Of a DNA stretch of 64,000 nucleotides, positions 23,570 through 34,600 are shown one piece after another (positions within the stretch are counted from its first letter, which is position 1; every line of letters starts with the position of its first letter). The notes below the pieces were generated by a model, which saw only the letters and a list, made by a program, of their open reading frames with translations, was not told the DNA's origin and ran no database searches. This stretch comes from Nageia nagi (Eukaryota > Plantae > Pinophyta): assembly GCA_050084985.1 (NCBI GenBank), contig JBITNC010000001.1, forward strand, positions 1,054,001 to 1,118,000, written 5' to 3'. Position numbers and translations under genes: made by a program.

Positions 23570-25600
23570 CTTGGTTGAGCTCTCATTTTTGAAAAGCAAT
23601 AATATCACCCTTTTTTATCAATCAAGAAGCAACATTATTGAAAATGAAGAATTGACACTTAAAGAACAGCAAAACATGTGCAATATTGTCATCTTCCAAG
23701 CTGATAAAGGGAATGCGACAACATGTAACTACAAGAAATTCAACTGTAATCCCGTCAACAGAATCACGAGCCATACAAGAAAGGCCATTAAAAAACTCAT
23801 CATTGCAGAATGACACTAAGAAAAGATTGATACCAAGTTTGGCCATGGTACGTATGATATATTAGGCTTTGAAAATCCACAAAGAAGGTGTCCATGTTAG
23901 GCCTATCTTTGAAACCATAAATTCTCTTTGATGTATGGACTTTCCAAATTTTTTGCTGAGGAAAACTGAAAGATTTAGAGGGCCATTCATTGTCGTTTAC
24001 AAATAACTAGGAACATTTTGTTGATAAGATCAAGAATCTCAATGTCAAAGAATTGAACATGTTTACAATTTTGAAAGATACCTATGGATGAATCGCTCAG
24101 CGTCATCTCGAGCCTAATAGACCAAGAAACTATGGATCTGTACATACTACATTTACAGACCATGTTCTTTGCATTTCAAGGTGAGTTCTATGAAATGATT
24201 CCTTGGATTTATGATGGGTTCACCTCTCTCTTCCAGAGTTGCAAACTTATATATGGAATGGTATGAAAAGAAGGTTCTCGAGTTCTTTCTCTGAAAACTG
24301 GATTGGTGGTTTAGAATCTTAGATATGTAGATAATACCAACACAAACTGGGCACATGGGAAAGCACACTGAAATATTTCCATAAACTCCCTTATTCTATT
24401 AATGAAAACATTCAGTTTTCCAAGGTGATAGAGAATAACAATACTATTCCCATTCTTCGATGTACTGGTCTACAAAAAACATGATGGTAGGTTATCACAT
24501 AAAGCTTACTGGAGTAAAGACAAACACGGGCATATATTCTACTGCCTCTTTGCACCATCATTACTCCTGAAAAGTGGTGGTTCTTAACACACTTGCTACT
24601 TGGGTTTTCAGGATTCAGAGAAAGAGTACAAAGATGAGGCAAAAACCCATCTGAGTGATTTCCTGAAGGAAAATGGCTGCACCACTAGGGAGATCAACAC
24701 GGTGCAAAGCAGATAATGGTAAAGACAAGCAAAGAACGGATCCCTGATAATATGACCCATATGTGGGTAGGTACAGATAGCCAATATTGTGAAGAAGCAC
24801 AGATCAAAACCTTCTTTCTTTCCCCAAATAATCTTGAAAGCAACTTTAGCTCAGTGAAGGATCCAGTGGACATACTTCCATGCAAAGGGATATTCAAGAT
24901 CATTTGTGGATAGGGAACACATCACATTCGTGAAACAGCAGGTTCATCCAGGCCAGAGTCAAGGAACATTGTGGTGATCTATAAAATAACAGAATTGATA
25001 AGTTTGCTGTTGCGAAACATGTGAACAAAACAAAACATCACGTTAGGTCATGAGGAAATGCTTGACAGGTGTGATAATTTCCAAGAACGAAGAATTAGAG
25101 AGGCTCTTAAGATCAAGCTCAATCGTAGCAACATTAATAGATACCAAACTCTTAGCTACCTATCAGAGAGGCTCTATAAAATAACAGAATTGATAAATTC
25201 GCTATTGCGAAACATGTGAACAAAACAAAACATCACGTTAGGTCATGAGGAAATGCTTGACAGGTGTGATAATTTTGAAGAATGATTAATTAGAGAGGCT
25301 CTTAAGATCAAACTCAATCATAACAACATTAATAGATACCAAACGCTTAGCTACCTATCAGAGAATTAATCCACAAACAAAGAAATAAATATGAAAATCC
25401 ATATCATCAATGGTATGCATTAAAATATAGATATTTATGCAGACCTTAATTTTTGAAAATTATGGTTACCATACCTATACACAGGGAGGGGTTATCTTAA
25501 TTTTCTTCATTCTTTTGTGCCGACAATGGTTCCCATGCATTGCACCGAAAATATTAATCCTTAGAACCTTGACTTAAGTTGTCAAAAAACTGTAAATGAA
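23570..25600 (+). mobile_element. Penelope-like retroelement (RT plus C-terminal GIY-YIG endonuclease; Dryad-type), degenerate
   Basis: IVIFQADKGNAT; KIHKEGVHVRPI; FQGEFYE..MGSPLSSRVANLYMEWYE; GIFKIICG*GTHHIRET; KFAVAKH; RRIREALKI..NINR. Confidence 0.85.
24978..25364 (+). repeat. Tandem direct repeat (period 195 bp) of the PLE endonuclease 3' half
   Basis: TCTATAAAATAACAGAATTGATAA...GCTACCTATCAGAGA at 24978 and 25173. Confidence 0.9.
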
Positions 25601-27924
25601 ATTTAATTATTAACTATATGTGTATATGTTGACAACACGTACTTCAATCACTTTATATTCTTGTCTTCTGCACTAAAGTTTGAATCTGTAGTTGGTATTT
25701 TTTTTTCTTATTTATGATACATTTCATTTAGCTTAGGTCTTCAATTTATGATTAATGATAATTTCCGTTGTCTTTGATGACTGTCAGCCCCCATTTTTGC
25801 TGTCCATTCGAGAATATAAATTTACTAATAAGTTATGTAATAAATCTTGTAACAGTTTATGCTGCTATTTTGATATATGTCATACATATTGTAATTTTTC
25901 ATGCTACTTTCGATATATTCTAGGCACACTGGAAAGTTTGTTCTGGTTTGCATCTAATGTAGTCCATTAATACTTCTTGCCTCTACATTCCGTTCAAATT
26001 GGCCATGTGAAACTGTGAACTTATTGTTTATATAATATAAAAGACCATCAAAATCAGATTAACATTTTTCATATCGAAGGGTTTGGCATTGGTATAGCGC
26101 AAAGGAGCTTTACTCTGAAATGGATCAACTTTACAACAAAAGCTGTAATCGGTGACTCATACTACTTTAAATCAAAAGAGACTGATTCTTAATCATTTGG
26201 AAGGATGGTTGTTGGAATGGAAAGATTGGTCAAGAATGTCAGTCTGAATCAAAGATGACCAATTCTTGAACCTTTTGGAGCTTTGATTAAAAACAGCATT
26301 TCAAATGCATTTTGTGGATTTATTACAGTGAAAAGGAGCATAACAGGGAAAGAATTGTATGATAAAAGAAATGCAAAGATATTTGAATCACATCCAGGCT
26401 TATAGGCACATTGTTTCTTTTTAATATTTATTAAAATTCCCTTTCATAGAGAGTACTTGCCTTTAGAGCTGCAGAACTTGTGTTCTCTAAGTCATGTTTA
26501 CTTACATTTAGATTAGGTTAAAATTTAAATGTTATACACATATTTTTAAATTTACAGTTGAGTTTTATTAATCATTTAATCTTCTAAAACTTACTAATAT
26601 AATACTGAAAATTTAAGTGTTTTTGGTATAAATTAGCATGTTATAGATTTCAATAAAGTGATGAGAAATGAATAGTTTGAGTCACTTACTGCTATTGGTG
26701 AAGAAGAATCGATTTGTCTGGGTATTTAAAATTGCATTTGTGAAAATAAAATGTTGTCAGTTAGGGATATGTGTCAATTTTGGAGCTTTTCATGTGTTCT
26801 TTACTGAAGATTTTTGGAGGAATTATTATGCTTTGGAGGTCAAATTCATAAGCAGACAATGTGGAGTATTTAGTTGACAATTCACATTCTATGGCCTTTT
26901 TGTACCTTATGAAAACTGCCAATATGTATGTAAGAATGAATATATGATTGTCAACCACAACAAGACTGATTATAGGGAACTCTTTTATATGAAAATTTGT
27001 GAGAGTATGCTAGAAGAAAGAAATGTCATCATAGAATAGTTTGTTCTTTCATAGGAGACATGCCACATGGTTGGAAATGCTCTAACTTGAAGAAACTTCT
27101 AGAATGGTCAAATAAATTCAATGTATTATCTCGGTGCTTTTAAAGGACCAAATATTTGGTTAATTTTAGCACAACTTGTGAAATCCAATATTCAATATAC
27201 AAACAAGCTTGTTCTTAGGAATATTATATCATGATTAGTGTTGTTTGTCTAGATCCAGTTATGGATATTCTGTGAAATGTCTATTGGAGAAGATTACAAC
27301 TGAGTTGGTGGTAATAACAAACTCTTTACTCTATAAATAAGCCGTTCATGATAATGCAGATATTGTAGTTTAAAATCTTTATCATAGTTTAAATCTGATA
27401 TGGTATCATAGCTAGTCGGAGGATTTGGTGTTGACTCTTGGTGCAGATCTTGGAAGCTATTTTGCCCACTATGGCAGAATCTTTGTGGAGAATTCTTTGG
27501 TGTTTTTGACAATGTAGAATTAATCTCTGATAAAAGCGAACACATTCACAATCAGAACATCCACGTCTTGGCGGCTGATTTATGTTTTTGGAAAATCTCT
27601 GTTGAGAACGACAAGAAAGCTGTCCTCCACCTTGATGCAGGCCTCCTCAAGGAATGGATTCAGTTGCTCATTTAAGAAGCAACAACACACGCAGGTTTTT
27701 CACCCAGACCTGATTGTATAAATATCTTCGACTAGAAATCTAATCTTTCCTCATCTATGATCTCCTCTCTCCCATTGAAGTACATACTGAGCTCGGTGTT
27801 AACCTCTTGCTCTTTGGGATGCTTGTAACACGCAAAGTCCACCAGAGAATAATTTCAGCAAGTTCGTTTGCTATGGATTCATAGCACCACGACTATTCCA
27901 CCTCTTACAATGTCACCACCATTG

Positions 27925-28056
27925 TCTACCTCAATTCCATGTGACCTTTTTAGGAGGCTCACCAGCTTGCAGGCCTTGGCCCTAAACGATAATCCCTTCA
28001 CCCCATGGTCCATACCTGATGGTCTCGACAATGACATAACACTCGTCAAGCTAAGC
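27925..28056 (+). pseudogene. Captured fragment of a TMK-like LRR receptor-kinase ectodomain
   Basis: STSIPCDLFRRLTSLQALALNDNPFTPWSIPDGL resembles the TMK/LRR-IX pattern FTSIP.DFF.GL.SLQ...LD.NPF..W.IP..L. Confidence 0.7.
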
Positions 28057-28424
28057 AATTGGGTATTTTCTCCCTTAACGATAAGTTGGATGAACTTTGC
28101 ATTTATTGGCTTGGGGATGAGGTATTTTCAATTTGTGATGTTGTTGCCAACAATTTGTAGAGACTCAATGAAGAGTTTGGACAAGAATCTTCTTTGCCAA
28201 TAATGCTGGGGTCATGGGTTGGGTCCTTGCTTTTTTTGGGGATGTGTTGGTCAATCTGCAGAGGCTGATATGGTATCTCTTTAACATTATCCCACGTGTG
28301 AAACGAGACATACTCTCAAGATACTTAAAATCTCTATTAAGTATTTGTTTTGTTAGTGAAGTTAGAAAAACGCATGCTCATTCTTTTATTACAATTTTTT
28401 AAAATCAAATATGGGTATTAAAAT

Positions 28425-28525
28425 CCATGGATGGGATGCATTTGTCCCTATCCTTGGTTCCATGGGTGGGATGTATTTGTCCCTATCCTTGGTTCCATGG
28501 ATAGGATGTATTTGTCTCTATCCTT
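28425..28525 (+). repeat. 35-bp tandem repeat x3 inside the TRIM
   Basis: CCATGG(A/G)T(G/A)GGATG(C/T)ATTTGTC(C/T)CTATCCTT(GGTT) repeated. Confidence 0.9.
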
Positions 28526-29779
28526 CGATAAAAATCCATTAAGGCGAGTCCTGCTGAAGAAGCATAGTGAGGCCAGTTCCACTATTGCTTATCATGAATA
28601 GATGTGTATGTTCCTATTCATACCTTGTATGTTGATGAACTATTATGTGTATTCATCAAGTAGTTATTAGCTTACGTATCCCTGTTTGGATAATGATGTA
28701 ATAAGGGAGGGTGTTAGGAATATTACATCATGATTAGTGGTATTTGTCTAGATCCAGTCATGGATCTTCCATTAAATGTCTGTTGGAGAAAGATTACGAC
28801 CGAGTTGGTTGTAATAACAAACTCCTTACTGTATAAATAAGTTGTTCATGATAATGCAGATATCAGAATTTAAAATCTGATACGTGTCAATTAGAGGTTA
28901 ATTTATATGGTACTCCATAATTCTTTAATAAAAGTGGAAGTCTTGACTATAGTTCATCTGTTTCAAAGTTCAGACATAACCTATAATGAAATCTCTATGT
29001 CTTTACATGGATCGTCAATCATTCAAATGCTCTGAGTAGCCACTCATACAGTCAGGTATTTCATTATTGTTGGTTTTGTAAGGAGTTTGATGTATTGTAA
29101 TGAAGTGTTGGCTGTTATAACTAGTTAGAAATTGGAGTTGTGTGATAGGTTCAGTAACTGGGTAAAAGCTCCTTTTAAACATTTAAATCTGTAACAGTGA
29201 TAGCCATGTTTTTGTTTGTGCATGTGATTGCAAATCTTGAATCATTAGGAGCTGTCTACGGTTAACCACATTTGAAACTTGGTAGTATATACCTTTTCAC
29301 AAAGGGCTTCTGGTGATCTTGCTTAAAATGTTTTTAGATCGAGGATTGGGCATAGTTTTTTATCAGCATTGAAAAGGGCACTCAATACCAACCTTGGATG
29401 CAATTTTTAGACATCTTTATTAAAGGCTTGAGAAGGTATGAAGGTTGGGCTGATATGGGAAAAATATGGCAAAAGAAAAAAAATCCAGTTGTCATGAATA
29501 ATGTACATAATATTTGTATTATTAGTTTGCTCTTATCATTTTTACATAATCAATTTGATATTCTTGTTACATGTAAATATCACGTTTTGTATATATTTTT
29601 CTTGTCACATGTGAATATCACGTTTTGTATATATTTTTTTAACCTTTGCTCAAAACTTTCTAAGACTCTGAGTGTCGATTTTGGTTACTAAATGGAGTAA
29701 CAATAATGGTCCCAAGTGCGCTTCTGCTGCTGCTCGGCTGAATTGGTCATGGTGAGTTTCCACAATGAAGTCAATCCTG

Positions 29780-30480
29780 AAAGTGTGCACAAACAGTGGG
29801 TGCCTGAGTTTTCCCTCTTTTGGATTCAAATCTGTCATCTTGACTGCCTCATCCCTCCCCATGCCTGGCCTTGAATGTGTTTGAGCCTTGCTTGTTTGGT
29901 TATCTAAATCTTCCAATTACAATTGCTTGGATCATAAAAATTGTTGTATACTTGTCCTATTTCCATTTTGCATGACTCCTGACCTCATCTGCTACTTCCT
30001 TATTCGATAATAGTTTTCACCTCATGGACATGCCCAGGTCTGCTGTAGATAAGGAATCTTTGATCTTTACCACCCTTCTTGCCACTACTTCCGAAATTGC
30101 CAGTTTCCGCTTTGATTTTGACCGTCTCCATTGTGGCAGACCTGTCCTTGGAGACTCAGGTGTTTCTTTCATTCCAGATATGCTACATTATCATGGGCAA
30201 GGGGGCCTTCTTTTGAAAATTTCTTTTCCAGATTTTTCTTTAGATGCTACCAACGAGTGAGTAAAGATTTTGGGTCATAGGCGATGACCCAATTTAGCTC
30301 AAATTTGTTTATCAAATATGTCTATATCTGCCATTTGATTCACAGATGATTTCTACTTTGAAAGTTTCAGCTGCAGAGCAACACAAGGGCTAATTGGTAG
30401 GACCTTTAAACCCAATCTTGTTGAATCTGTCTTGCACAGAGCTCTCTTTTGGGTGGTCACCAAAAGAAATTAATATTTTG
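29780..30480 (-). mobile_element. Degenerate L1-type LINE ORF2 C-terminal fragment (zf-RVT region)
   Basis: The - strand reads QDRFNKIGFKGPTN*PLCCSAAET and M*HIWNERNT*VSKD. Confidence 0.6.
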
Positions 30481-30795
30481 AATGTTTGAACTACCCACCT
30501 CCTCAAATCTTCATAATATTATAAATCTCATTTCTCCTTTCTCCTTCTCCTTTCTCATGAGTTCCACAAATTTCATAACTCATGGAACAAAAATTTGATT
30601 CCTGTGATCTTGGATGAAGGCACCCACAATCCAACTTTGATGTAATTTGTAACTTTGCTGGTGAATGAAGAGTGCCTTTTCTGAGGGTTTGCCTTTTTAA
30701 CCTTAACTAAGGAAATATGCTTGTTTTTTCTTGGAGAATTTCAGTTTTGAGAGTAGTTTTATGATTTCTTGCTACCCTGTTCCTTAATAGTGCAG

Positions 30796-30858
30796 ATAGA
30801 TTTCAGAATATCGGAGATTCATGTGTAAATATACTCAAGGAGTAATCATTTTATTGAG
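30796..30858 (+). other. ATG9: Possible short 5'-UTR exon of ATG9
   Basis: TGCAG| acceptor and GAG|GTAGGT donor; next acceptor GTTGACAG| at 30978; no transcript evidence. Confidence 0.35.
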
Positions 30859-31083
30859 GTAGGTTTTATAGCACGAGAATATTGCCTTTTTGTGGATTAA
30901 AGTTTTTGTGAAAATGTGCAAGTCTATCTAAATCTAGTAAGTGATGTGAATTGACACATTTGTATATTGTGTTGACAGTTCTTGTCGGAAAATGTTGCAT
31001 TAATCAAGACTGAGCTACACAAGGTTGTGATATACTTCGGTAATGGCACAATGTTGTCCAAATGCAAGATGTGGTTTATGAAA

Positions 31084-31648
31084 ATGTTCAATGAGAACAC
31101 CACAAATGCTATCAGAAGTTTTTTAAATGGCCATGGACAATGCATCTTACTGGAGATCTAAATGAAGGGCTATTAAGTAGTGTATCCCCGAGATTGAGCT
31201 TTCTGATTATCGTAGGTTACCATGTGATGATATTGAAAGCCCTTTAGATATTCTCAAGGGCGAAAAACAAAAATTGGGACCAATTCCAGATCTTGACCGA
31301 TTTTTTGGTACGTTTATATAGTTATTACTGTGCACATGGGCTTCGGTGTATTGTTATTCGCTGGATTGGTAACAATGCAAGTTTGGGCTTCACTATTGTC
31401 TTTTCGGGAATATGCTTGTTATGTGTCGATTGGCATCGCCTTATAAACCTCAAATGTGGAGCTAATGCAGCTCAATGTGATCTTGGGGAGGTGTTTTTCC
31501 GCAACCATCCTTTAAAGCCTTTTACTTTGTACACTGGGGTGGTTGTTGGATACTTGGGGTTATTTTCTTTATACTGGATATTCTGTTTTCTCATATTCTT
31601 TGCACAGCTGAAAGACACTTTAGATAGCCGTGACTTCTACTGGAAGAG
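31084..31648 (+). CDS. ATG9: ATG9 coding exon 1 (three homopolymer frameshifts)
   Basis: F(F)KW..GLL..EIELSDY..ESP..PIPDLDRF.VRLYSYY..; donor AG|GTATGT. Confidence 0.9.
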
Positions 31649-34600
31649 GTATGTTTATTAATGTTCCTACAAATTCGTGAATTGCATTTAAAATAGTTAA
31701 CATATCATTGTGTCTATTCATTGTGCAGCCTTAACATTACAGATCAAGAGTTGCAAAGAATGTCCTGGTCAACTGTTCTGGAAAAGACTATTCTGTTTCA
31801 GAGCATCGAAAGGCTTTGTGTTGTAAAGGATCTGTCAGCACACGATATTGTAATGCGAATCATGCGCAAAGATAATTACTTGATTGGGATGTTGAACAAG
31901 GGTGTGCTTGCAATACCAATTCCTCAGTGGGTTCCTGGTGCTGGTCCAGTTGTTCATCGTGATGCTAATGGCACTGAGTACCGGCTGATGTTGACAAGGA
32001 CACTTGAGTGGATTTTAAATTGGTGCATATTGCAAAATATGTTTGACAGGTTTGAACCTCATCTTTAATTGATAAGATTAATTTATTTTGTAGATTCCAT
32101 CATTCACAAGAAAAAGTTGACTGTGATGTGCATCTCAATACCAAAATTCTCTTTATCATCTTTATGGTGGTTCTGCTAGCAATCTCCTTAATTGGGTTGT
32201 CTATGGGTGTCACAAAAGAGAATATTTTTCTTCAAGTCTTATGTGTCAGGATTCTGCTAGGCACTCTCATATCTCTTTCTGGGGGCTTCTACAACCGCTA
32301 CTTTCCCTGTCTTCTATTTCAACTGTCACATTTGTTGACCAACCTTCAGTATAGAGTCTGGTTTCTCTCTTACCGGCTTGAACCTTTGATATCTAACTTC
32401 TGTGGTACAATATTTGAGGTGGGACATTGACAAGGTTTCTAAATATCTCCTTTCTTGAAGCTGTCCACTTGAGTTTTGTCTTCTTCAGGAGATAGAATGT
32501 AGCATTGCTGATACACCGGAAAAATAGAAAATGCAATGAATCTCCAACCAAAATATGTCCGTACGATTAATCATTAGAGTTTATGTGGAATTGGTTCCTG
32601 TAGTTAGGCAGTCACTGACATCTATTTACAGTTGATAGGAAGAAATCTGAACAAGAAGGGAATATTCTGCTTTGAGCAGTCTAAATGATAAGAATGTGAT
32701 ATCTAACTTCTTTATCCATGGTCTGACTAGACAACCTCTTTCCATTGCTAAGAATTCACCCAATTTTAACTGATATGAAGGACTACTGAGTCAGCCTTCC
32801 TTTTGGCCCCATAAAAGCTTTTACTGGAAAGTCATCGCTGGATTCTTCTTTTTCAAGAATCCCAGCAATTCAAGTTGAATAACATTATTATGTGCAAACA
32901 AGATTTTGGTGCTTTCCATTAAGATCTTCAGTGTCGCCTTAATGATAGATTGTGTGTTTCTTTTCAAAGTGACCCAACTCATCTTCAAAGAGTGTCTTGA
33001 AATATCTTATTTATCCTCACTGGGAGCAGGCCTGGAATTAAATATTTTTATTGATGTTTATCTAGTTTTTGGATGTACAATATTCATGCGGGGAACAGGC
33101 CTCCTTGCCACATTTATATGATACCCAGTGTTATTCTGTGTCAAATTATATATTGTACAATAATATTGTTGAACTTACAAGGTGGATCTTTTTAAAATAC
33201 TAAAATAAGTAAGTAAATTATTATTTTGATGTGCACTCAGAAGACTTCATAATCATCAAATTTTTATAGACTATCAAATGCAAATTCCAGGTCCAGCTGG
33301 TAGTGCCTATTCGTTTTTGTATCCTCATAATGATTGAGTAGAAAAATATGGCAAAATCTTTCAATTTTAAGAATACACGGAATATGCAAGCTCTCTTGCT
33401 ATTTTGTATGGATTATGCATGCTTTAGTATAATTTTGATGCTCTATTTTTCATTTGTATCTGCATTGATATGCTTTTTCACTTAATTTGCACAATGTGAT
33501 TTCAATATTTGAGATATTGTGGTTTACTGAGATTTATGTTATGCAGGAACTTTTTGATCCGAAAAGATTTCATCAATAATCCTGGATTGTTGAGAAGGAG
33601 GCTTAGGCTTGTTGGGTTGCTTATGATTGTTCTGTTGCCATTCCTTGCTATTTTCATGTTAGTATATCACTTTTTAATGCATGCTGAACAGTTCTACAAT
33701 CATCCAAGTACAGCATTCTCAAGAAGGTGGTCTAATTTGGCAAAATGGCTCTTCAGGGACTTCAATGAGGTATTGATGAAAATGTTGCAGTTGGTTTTGA
33801 TCTAAATTTAAATAGAAAGCTTGTTGTGTATGTGTTGCCAGTTAGTTTTTTTTTCATAAACTGTACCATATAGAATGGTTTCAGTATTTACTGAAATGAA
33901 TTGCATATAACTTTATCAAAACTATACTCGAAGCATGATGATTGGCCAGTCCTATTTGCATGGATGAGTTGCCTTCCGTACTTCCTAAGTTAAATATTTG
34001 TGTTTGAAAAGACAGTTTTAAAGCACCAAATTTAGAAGACCATTAATATCTGTCCTATCCTTCAGGAGTTCTTTTTTAAAAAAAAACTTATGACATTACA
34101 ATTTTAATTCAGCGGTACTTACATGTCATTACAGACATAAGATAGGAATTTACCTCTCTTTAATTCAGCAGTGCTTGTTTAAAGCATCATGAATGTGTGA
34201 CAGAAGTATGGCATGTAAGGTGCTCAGTTTACAATATTCCTTTCTGAGCTAGTTCCATGTACCGAACCAATAAATGCTTTGTGATTACATTTAATATTCT
34301 TATCAACTCTTTTCAGCTGGATCATCTTTTCAAATCCAGGCTTATTGGTGGGATTAAACATGCAAATGATTATGTCAAGCAGTTTCCTTCTCCTGCTGTG
34401 TCATTAATTGCTAAGCATGTTTCATTTATGACTGGCGGTTTAGCAGCAATTCTTATTGTTATTGCTCTGTTGGAGGAGTCTCTTCTTGAAGGACAAGTAT
34501 GTATATTGTTCACTTTACGTTCTTAAGAAGAACATCTCTCAAAGCCAAAAATATCACCTTTTCTGATATGTCTGCAATTCAGTAGCTGTAACCGAGGAGA

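Larger units (their letters stand above)
27213..28882 (+). mobile_element. TRIM-like non-autonomous LTR element with captured internal sequence
   Basis: Direct terminal repeats 27213-27400 and 28712-28882; PBS-Met TGGTATCATAGC 27401-27412; PPT ATAAGGGAGGG 28701-28711; near-TSD CTTGT/CGTGT. Confidence 0.85.

Noticed and set aside
29650-30260. ORFs 29650-29916(-) and 30024-30260(+) as genes nested in the ATG9 intron
   Set aside because: They overlap a degenerate LINE zf-RVT fragment and have no recognisable host domain.
30270-30292. 9-bp perfect hairpin TTGGGTCAT-AGGCG-ATGACCCAA
   Set aside because: It is a single short stem within a LINE relic and compatible with chance in 64 kb.
30346-30396. 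Possible extra 5'-UTR exon (CACAG|...|GTAGGA)
   Set aside because: It lies inside the antisense LINE relic, and splice-like motifs alone are insufficient evidence.
31084-31310. Programmed ribosomal frameshifting in ATG9 (TTTTTTAAA looks slippery)
   Set aside because: Three shifts in both directions within ~190 nt would be needed; sequencing error or pseudogenisation is far simpler.
32128-32430. 100-aa hydrophobic ORF in an ATG9 intron as an alternative exon
   Set aside because: It has no ATG9 homology, and exons 2 and 3 join in phase without it.
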